NCBI GenBank assembly: GCA_964651515.1
Contig: CAZYYB010000001.1
Location: 15,068-79,067 of the forward strand
DNA length: 64,000 bases
Source: an uncultured Fibrobacteraceae bacterium
GTDB lineage: Bacteria; Fibrobacterota; Chitinivibrionia; Chitinivibrionales; Chitinispirillaceae
Direction: 5' to 3'
Under the pieces are notes generated by a model, which made no database searches, had not been told where the DNA came from, and saw only the letters and a list, made by a program, of their open reading frames with translations. The position numbers and the translations under genes are program-made. This document shows, piece by piece, positions 1 to 5,996 of this stretch. Position 1 is the stretch's first letter; each line of letters opens with the position of its first letter.

Positions 1-212
1 GAAACGGCCGGGGACCGCCAGGCGATGTCCGGGGCGGAGCCGCATCCGGGTTTCGAACCCGACCGGCAGACGGCTCCCTGCGCCGGCCACGTTCCCGCGG
101 TACCCGCACCGTTCCGCTCCCGCGAAGAGGTAACCCGGCTCATGGGCGGCGGCACGCCGGGAGGTCATGTTCCCTCCTCCGGGGACGGAGCGAGCCGTCA
201 TCGTTCCCCCGT

Positions 213-1865
213 ATGCTGAATTCTCCGCACTTCCCGGAGCCGCTCTCCTCGCCCCGGGGATACCTGTGCCTGGTCCTCCACGCCCATTTGCCGTTTGTCC
301 GACATCCCGAACACCCCTATATGCTCGAAGAGAACTGGTTCTTCGAGGCGCTCACCGAAACCTATCTTCCGCTGCTGACGCATTTTGAAATGCTTTTCGA
401 TGACGGTGTCCCGTTTCGCCTGACCCTCTCCCTGACGCCGACCCTCTGCGCCATGTTTTCGGACCCGCTGCTTCAGGAGCGGTATATCCGCCATCTTGAA
501 AAGCTCATCGAGCTTGCCGGAAAAGAGATCGACCTGACCGGCCGGAGCGAACCGCATTTTTTCGCGACGGCGCGGATGTACCGCAATCGATTCCACTACC
601 TCCATGAGCTCTATACCGGCATTTACAACCGCGATCTCGTTGCGGTGTTCAGGCGGTTCCAGGACCTCGGGCTCATCGAGATCATCACCTCCAGCGCAAC
701 GCACGCCTTCCTGCCGAACATGCAGCACAATCCGGCGGCGGTTGAGGCGCAGGTCGCCATTGCGGTCGATGACTACCGCCGGCTCTTCGGCCGAAAGCCG
801 CGGGGCATCTGGCTGCCGGAGTGCGGGTACTACCCCGGTCTCGAATCGATTCTCGCCCGACAGGGCCTGGGCTACTTCTTCGTCGATTCACATGCGCTGG
901 CCTTTGCCGACCCCGAGCCGCTCCGCGGAATCTACGCCCCCCTTGTCTGCAAAGATGCGCCGGTCGCCGCCTTCGCCCGCGACCAGGAGTCGTCCAAAGC
1001 GGTGTGGAGTGCGGACGAAGGGTATCCCGGCGCCCCGGACTATCGGGAATTCTATCGCGACATCGGCTTCGAGCGCGACCTGGAATACATCGGGCCCTAC
1101 ATCGACCCGATCGGCGCGCGTGTCCAGACCGGCATCAAGTACTGCCGGGTGACCGACCGGAAGAATCCGGACAAGCAGCCTTACCGGAGGGAAGCCGCCC
1201 TCCGCCTGGCCGATGAGCATGCGGCCGATTTCGTCCTGAACCGGCTGCGGCGGGTGGAGCAGGTCTCCCCGCTTCTCGACCGGCCGCCGGTCATCGTTTC
1301 TCCCTACGATGCCGAGCTCTTCGGCCACTGGTGGTACGAAGGGCCGGAGTGGCTCAATTTCCTCTTCCGCAAGATCGCGTACGAACAGGATGCCCTCCTG
1401 CCGGTTACCCCCTCGGAGTATCTCGCCCGCCACGGCGAAAACCAGCGCGGAACACCGCTCTTTTCGAGCTGGGGAGAGGGCGGGTTCTCCGCCATGTGGA
1501 TAGACAAAAGCAATGACTGGGTTCCCCGCCACCTCTCGCGAATGGAAGAGCACATGCAGCGCGCGGCACAGGCCCGCCCCGACGCCCGCGGCCTCCTGAG
1601 GCGTGCCCTCAATCAACTGGTCCGGGAACTTCTCCTCGCCGAATCGAGCGACTGGACCTTCATCATGAAAACCGGCACCATGGTGCCCTATGCGAAGCGA
1701 AGGGTGAAGGAGCATATCGAGAATTTTTTCAGGATCGAGGAAGCAATCGCCGGCAACCGGCTCGATGCGTCATTCATCGCCGCTCTCGAAGAACGTACCC
1801 CCCTTTTCCCCGGCCTCGACTATTCGGTCTATGCCCGACCCCGGGAAAAGGCCGGAAGGCAATAA
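213..1865 (+). CDS. GH57-family glycoside hydrolase, probably 1,4-alpha-glucan branching enzyme
   Basis: 550-aa ORF with motifs HAHLPFVRHPE, ITSSATHAFLP, GIWLPECGY and SPYDAELFGHWWYEGPEW, as in GH57 branching enzymes. Confidence 0.85.
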   Translation: MLNSPHFPEPLSSPRGYLCLVLHAHLPFVRHPEHPYMLEENWFFEALTETYLPLLTHFEMLFDDGVPFRLTLSLTPTLCAMFSDPLLQERYIRHLEKLIELAGKEIDLTGRSEPHFFATARMYRNRFHYLHELYTGIYNRDLVAVFRRFQDLGLIEIITSSATHAFLPNMQHNPAAVEAQVAIAVDDYRRLFGRKPRGIWLPECGYYPGLESILARQGLGYFFVDSHALAFADPEPLRGIYAPLVCKDAPVAAFARDQESSKAVWSADEGYPGAPDYREFYRDIGFERDLEYIGPYIDPIGARVQTGIKYCRVTDRKNPDKQPYRREAALRLADEHAADFVLNRLRRVEQVSPLLDRPPVIVSPYDAELFGHWWYEGPEWLNFLFRKIAYEQDALLPVTPSEYLARHGENQRGTPLFSSWGEGGFSAMWIDKSNDWVPRHLSRMEEHMQRAAQARPDARGLLRRALNQLVRELLLAESSDWTFIMKTGTMVPYAKRRVKEHIENFFRIEEAIAGNRLDASFIAALEERTPLFPGLDYSVYARPREKAGRQ

Positions 1866-1924
1866 TTCCCTTTTGTGCCGGAAAAAGCTATATTATCGAT
1901 TATACTGAAAAAAGGGGACCCTTC

Positions 1925-2488
1925 ATGCGGAAATTCATGCTTGCGACACTCGTGTTGTGGTTGACAGCAACCGGCGGCGAACCGCCCGCAGCGCATGCGC
2001 AGAAAGGAGCCGTTGCCATGCCCGCATTGTCCGTAACGAGCCAGGCGTTTAAAAATATGCAGCCCCTCCCCGGGAGGTACGGCTGCGACGGCGACGATAT
2101 TTCGCCGCCGCTCTCCTGGAGCGGCATTCCGGCGGAAGCGGCGAGTATCGCCCTCATCTGCGACGACCCCGATGCGCCCCGCGCCGCCTGGGTCCACTGG
2201 GTTGCGTACGATCTTCCCCCCACCTGCAAAGGATTGCCGGAAGGGGTGGAAAAGAGCAAGACGCTCTCCACGGGCGGCTCCCAGGGGAAAAACGACTTTC
2301 AAAAGATCGGCTACGACGGTCCCTGCCCGCCGGGAGGAACCCATCGATACTTTTTCAAGGTTTACGCGCTCGACACCCCGCTCAAGCTGCCTCCCGGAAA
2401 AACCAGGCACGAGGTCGAAAAGGCGATGAAGGGACATATCCTGGCACAGGGCGAGATCGTCGGGACGTATACGGGTAAGCGGAACTGA
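1925..2488 (+). CDS. YbhB/YbcL-family phosphatidylethanolamine-binding (PEBP) protein, secreted
   Basis: 187 aa. N-terminal signal-like MRKFMLATLVLWLTATGG; motifs CDDPDAP, WVHWVAYD and GPCPPGGTHRYFFKVYALD. Confidence 0.85.
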   Translation: MRKFMLATLVLWLTATGGEPPAAHAQKGAVAMPALSVTSQAFKNMQPLPGRYGCDGDDISPPLSWSGIPAEAASIALICDDPDAPRAAWVHWVAYDLPPTCKGLPEGVEKSKTLSTGGSQGKNDFQKIGYDGPCPPGGTHRYFFKVYALDTPLKLPPGKTRHEVEKAMKGHILAQGEIVGTYTGKRN

Positions 2489-2661
2489 TAACGCACCCCC
2501 GCAACGCTCCCCCCTTAGGGAGAAAACACAAGAAAAAAAAGTTTCGTAGGGGCGACCTCCCACTAACCCGTTTTTCCTGAAGCCTGAGGTCGAAGCATTA
2601 AGTTTCAAGTTTTAAGTTGTTTTATTCCGTCCTCATACTTCATCCTTTTGTTTTCAAAACA

Positions 2662-2757
2662 TGCACGAAATGCACGTTTTTGATCATTAAATGGGGGTAA
2701 AAGTGGCGATATCGATCACGAAAACCCCTCTAATTGCACGAAATTTGCACGAAATTC
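2662..2757. repeat. Cluster of short direct repeats (T)GCACG(A/T)AA, including tandem TTGCACGAAAT x2
   Basis: Copies: tgcacgaaa 2662-2670, tgcacgttt 2671-2679, tcacgaaaa 2716-2724, ttgcacgaaat 2734-2744 and 2745-2755. The surrounding region is AT-rich and non-coding. Confidence 0.6.
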
Positions 2758-2886
2758 ACACTTAACTCATTGATTCAACCGAGAAATCGAATTTTTTATT
2801 TTTCATTTATTTTTTTCCGAGCCTCATTCCGGCAAAAATTGCCGGTTTTTCGACCTCCAAGGGGCTCCTCTCCGCCTCACCCCCGG

Positions 2887-2911
2887 CCCCTCTCCATAAA
2901 ATGGAGAGGGG
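2887..2911. repeat. Perfect 11-bp-stem hairpin, part of a dispersed CCGCCTCACCCC...GGAGAGGGG element
   Basis: CCCCTCTCCAT-AAA-ATGGAGAGGGG. The upstream CCGCCTCACCCC also occurs inverted at 45109-45148. Confidence 0.6.
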
Positions 2912-3432
2912 GGAGATCCGGGCATAGCTCACGCACCAGGTGCCGACGCCGATATTCCGACAATGTCAAAGAACAGGCGGCTGCCGGGGGCAGCGGCGCC
3001 GCCGCCACCCCCGAACCTTGCCGCAGCCTTTGTGAGCGCGAATACTCACTTCCCTTGAGCCACTCACCGGCCTGCGCCACGGTAGAGCTGCTACCCATCG
3101 ATAATATACACTAATTTTAAGTAAAAAGCAATAAAAATTATCAGAAATAATATTATGGGTTTAATGCTATGAAATAAAAAGAGATAAATACCATTATCCG
3201 ACATATTGAACCCCGTCGTTAAACTATAATATTGCTGACTGAGCGCGCCCACGCACCTGCAGCCGGGCCTTCAAGTTTGACGACAATTAAAATTTTGGGT
3301 CCCTGGAGCGTTTGGGATTATCGTGAACCTCCGATGAAAGGAGGTTGGATGATCAAAGACGAGCAAGTGAAAGGACTCATGACGGTTATGTCGTCTGGAA
3401 CCCCGTGGACACGGCGTGCCGTGACCCTGTCT

Positions 3433-3448
3433 CGGTTCATCCCCGCGC
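3433..3448 (-). CRISPR. Degenerate terminal (trailer) half repeat
   Basis: cggttcatccccgcgc equals the first 16 nt of the 29-bp repeat; the next 13 nt diverge. Confidence 0.6.
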
Positions 3449-3519
3449 TCGATCGCCTTGTCGACCCACCTGTTCAACGCGCGGTCGTCGATGCCGATAT
3501 CTATGGTTGCTCCGGCCAT
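3449..3519 (-). pseudogene. N-terminal fragment of a phage virion-morphogenesis-like gene, cut by the half repeat
   Basis: Minus-strand ATG at 3519 gives MAGATIDIGIDDRALNRWVDKAIE, then runs into the repeat. It resembles the fragment at 3712-3845 (MAGEAMEIKINDEDLL...). Confidence 0.4.
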
Positions 3520-3682
3520 TTGCTCCCTGCCCCGCGATAATGCCATTTTTTAATCAACGGATGGTTTGGCTCGGCACTTATACCGTCCGGGCGGGTCAGC
3601 GCTGTCGAAGAACGCTGATTGCCCCTTACTTCCGCTTGTATATCAGTTTTCCCGCCCGCTGCCTGTTCAGATAATCCAGATC

Positions 3683-3711
3683 CGGTTCATCCCCGCGCAT
3701 GCGGGGAACAT
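3683..3711 (-). CRISPR. Solitary full-length CRISPR repeat
   Basis: Exact 29-bp repeat, 221 bp from the half repeat and 398 bp from the next repeat. Confidence 0.9.
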
Positions 3712-3845
3712 CGCACGCTGTTGGTCATCACCTCGCCGATATTCTTCATGGCCGGGGACAGATCGTCGCCGCGCGCAAGCATGGCTCCGAGGCCATTTAA
3801 GAGGTCCTCATCATTAATCTTGATTTCCATCGCTTCGCCGGCCAT
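3712..3845 (-). pseudogene. Truncated phage virion morphogenesis protein (Mu G / P2 S-like), N-terminal 44 codons
   Basis: An SD (GGAGA) precedes the ATG at 3845. MAGEAMEIKINDEDLLNGLGAMLARGDDLSPAMKNIGEVMTNSV fits the family pattern (..I.I..D..L...L.....DL.P.M..IGE.L..S); the frame is cut at the repeat boundary. Confidence 0.55.
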
Positions 3846-4109
3846 GCTTGCATTATCTCCGTAAAAGGTCTATATTATGAACAGATGGGCGAACGGTGAT
3901 ATGCGCATCGATACCGTGAGCCGATGTTCGTGCAGGGCGCATCCTGCATAGTACTTTATTCTCCATACAAAAGTTTCCCTCTTCGTACCTTCGAATTCAG
4001 ATACTCAGGTTGTCCGGCAAAAAAATCGAATGATGCCCACATCCCGTTTCTTACTTCGGCGATAAAGGTCAGCCCCTTGGTTTTCTTTGCCTAGATGGCC
4101 TTGACATAT
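3712..4109. mobile_element. 398-bp block of phage-like DNA occupying one spacer slot
   Basis: Bounded on both sides by perfect repeats (3683-3711 and 4110-4138). Carries phage gene fragments on the minus strand. Confidence 0.7.
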
Positions 4110-5238
4110 CGGTTCATCCCCGCGCATGCGGGGAACATCGATATGGCGCTTACCGTGTGGAGGGCGTAACCGGTTCATCCCCGCGCATGCGGGGAACATC
4201 GCTGCCGTCGCATCGCCAACCTGGCGGATAACGGTTCATCCCCGCGCATGCGGGGAACATAGGGCATCTATCCTTCGGGCTCGCGCCGATCCCGGTTCAT
4301 CCCCGCGCATGCGGGGAACATCCGAGGAAGAGTTGCAGCTCGCGCGGGAAGAGCGGTTCATCCCCGCGCATGCGGGGAACATGTATCATGCCACATCATA
4401 CCCGTCAGAATATACGGTTCATCCCCGCGCATGCGGGGAACATTCCTTGGAACTGGATGGTGTCTGACAATGGGAAGCTTCATCCCCGCGCATGCGGGGA
4501 ACATTCGGGGAAGGCGCCGGTACCGCCGATCGATTGCGGTTCATCCCCGCGCATGCGGGGAACATCCCGCCGCTGCGGTCGCGGCGATAGCGCCGAAATC
4601 GTTCATCCCCGCGCATGCGGGGAACATCCACCTGGTCTGGGTGGGCTATGCAGCCATTCATGGTTCATCCCCGCGCATGCGGGGAACATATTGAAGTCGG
4701 TAATGCTCTCTACGCCCGATACGGTTCATCCCCGCGCATGCGGGGAACATCGCCGGCTGATGCAACGGGATTGGGCAGGGACCGGTTCATCCCCGCGCAT
4801 GCGGGGAACATATCGGCACATTCATTTTTCGAGTTCCAAGCGGCGGTTCATCCCCGCGCATGCGGGGAACATCGCTCGATGCCAGGGTTGCAGAGTGGAA
4901 CATGCGGTTCATCCCCGCGCATGCGGGGAACATGATCGGCACGGCAGCACGCATGTGGAGAGCATCGGTTCATCCCCGCGCATGCGGGGAACATAACTGC
5001 CGCACCAACGTTTTCCGGGCGGCATTCGGTTCATCCCCGCGCATGCGGGGAACATGCCCGCATCCTGCGAACGCTCCGGGAAGCGGTCGGTTCATCCCCG
5101 CGCATGCGGGGAACATAAACAGCCCGTTTTCTGGACCGGTCTCCGATTCGGTTCATCCCCGCGCATGCGGGGAACATATCTAAAATTAATTGCCTGATTT
5201 TATAAGCAGCGGTTCATCCCCGCGCATGCGGGGAACAT
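4110..5238 (-). CRISPR. CRISPR array segment A (older part): 19 repeats, 18 spacers
   Basis: 29-bp repeats at 61-bp period, with two 62-bp steps. Variant repeats start at 4476, 4599 and 4661. No leader of its own. Confidence 0.97.
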
Positions 5239-5402
5239 TTTTTGGCATTACCCCGGAGCAGGACGCCTGGCTCTCTCAGGAGGCCGAACGCCGCCAGATT
5301 AGCCGATCCGCTGTCGTCCGGGCACTGATCGACAAGGCACGGCAGGAGGGCGACCATGCCCTCCCCGCCAGTCGCTCGGTTTCCCGGCGCACAGCGTTAT
5401 AG
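5239..5402 (+). pseudogene. Ribbon-helix-helix (CopG/Arc-like) gene, 5'-truncated at the repeat
   Basis: FFGITPEQDAWLSQEAERRQISRSAVVRALIDKARQEG shows a beta-strand/helix/helix RHH pattern. There is no in-frame start after the repeat. Confidence 0.5.
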
Positions 5403-5508
5403 CATCAAAAAAACATTTAAGGCGCGATTTTGCCCGGAATTATATTATATGGTAATAGGCTAAACGGCCTAAAATCAAAACCTTACACATTCCATCAAGG
5501 AGGGGTAT

Positions 5509-5754
5509 ATGGCGAAGGTCACGGCGGAAATGGTTGCGGCGATCAAGGCAGGAACGGAATCTGTAACGTCAATTGCTACATCAGCGGGTGTCTCGCGGCA
5601 AGCGGTTTTTCAGATTATGAAAAAGTATTCAGCAAGCGAACCGGTCGCCCCAGCTGCTCCCGCCAAGGCTGCGAAGTCGGAACCAAAGAAGAGCAAGAAG
5701 GCTCCTGGCGAAATCCCCGAATCACAGCGCTTGCCGGAATCGGTCCCCGCGTAA
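5509..5754 (+). CDS. Small HTH DNA-binding protein (81 aa) with Lys/Pro-rich tail
   Basis: Strong SD (AAGGAGGGG) 4 nt upstream of the ATG. Upstream TTGCCC..TATATTATAT is promoter-like. HTH-like segment: SIATSAGVSRQAVFQIMKKY. Confidence 0.6.
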   Translation: MAKVTAEMVAAIKAGTESVTSIATSAGVSRQAVFQIMKKYSASEPVAPAAPAKAAKSEPKKSKKAPGEIPESQRLPESVPA

Positions 5755-5767
5755 TTCAACTTTCAAG

Positions 5768-5789
5768 GGGCCGGTAATCCCTCCGGCCC
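5768..5789. terminator. GC hairpin between convergent ORFs (possible bidirectional terminator, no clear U-tract)
   Basis: GGGCCGG-taatccct-CCGGCCC, a 7-bp stem. Confidence 0.35.
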
Positions 5790-5971
5790 TAATCCTCAAA
5801 AATGCTCAATTGGTCCTTGTCTTTAAATTCCTTTTTACCAAGCCACCATTTCCACAAATCTTCAGCCGTCGCATAGTGCTTTGCGAGAGTCCACTTCTCC
5901 TCTACCGCTTTTGCATGCAACCGCCATATCCAGCGTTTCCAGCTCGCAACAATGCGCGGGGCGACCTTCAT
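5789..5971 (-). CDS. Small Trp/Lys-rich hypothetical protein (60 aa)
   Basis: GAGGAGGG SD sits 2 nt before the ATG at 5971. Sequence MKVAPRIVASWKRWIWRLHAKAVEEKWTLAKHYATAEDLWKWWLGKKEFKDKDQLSIFED. Same orientation as the pre-crRNA. Confidence 0.4.
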   Translation of the reverse strand: MKVAPRIVASWKRWIWRLHAKAVEEKWTLAKHYATAEDLWKWWLGKKEFKDKDQLSIFED

Positions 5972-5996
5972 ACCCTCCTCATAGGCATGCGCACTG

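Larger units (their letters stand above)
5239..5996. mobile_element. 758-bp block of MGE-like coding DNA occupying one spacer slot and splitting the array
   Basis: Flanked exactly by repeats 5210-5238 and 5997-6025. Contains an RHH fragment, an HTH ORF with its own promoter and SD, and a small SD-preceded ORF. Confidence 0.75.

Noticed and set aside
1-168. Possible 5' end of a minus-strand gene (ATG at 168 preceded by GGAGGAGGG) leaving the window. A GGGTTTCGAACCC motif at ~48-60 also resembles a tRNA T-arm.
   Set aside because: Only 56 Arg/Gly-rich codons are visible, which is uninformative. The T-arm-like motif has a 4-bp stem, the wrong loop register and no matching acceptor stem.
2734-3114. 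ORFs 2734-3114 (+) and 2877-3098 (-) in the AT-rich border region.
   Set aside because: They have no SD and no family resemblance, and they run through hairpin and repeat elements. They are probably non-coding.
3449-3496. PAM test for the trailer-most (221-bp) block.
   Set aside because: The predicted position gives CGG or CGC depending on the assumed repeat end, and neither is a I-E PAM. The boundary is ambiguous because the repeat is degenerate, so this block neither supports nor refutes the capture model.
3232-3540. Plus-strand ORF with a good SD (AGGAGG, ATG at 3349) giving a 64-aa product.
   Set aside because: It reads through the degenerate repeat (the RFIPA segment) and antisense to the phage-gene fragment, and its SD is one arm of a hairpin. 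The evidence is insufficient.
5178-5209. The very AT-rich spacer ATCTAAAATTAATTGCCTGATTTTATAAGCAG shares ATT(T)GCCTGAT with the duplicated ATTTGCCTGA motif at 48339-48366, which could indicate self-targeting.
   Set aside because: There are only ~10 matching bases, far below a protospacer match, so this is most likely coincidence.
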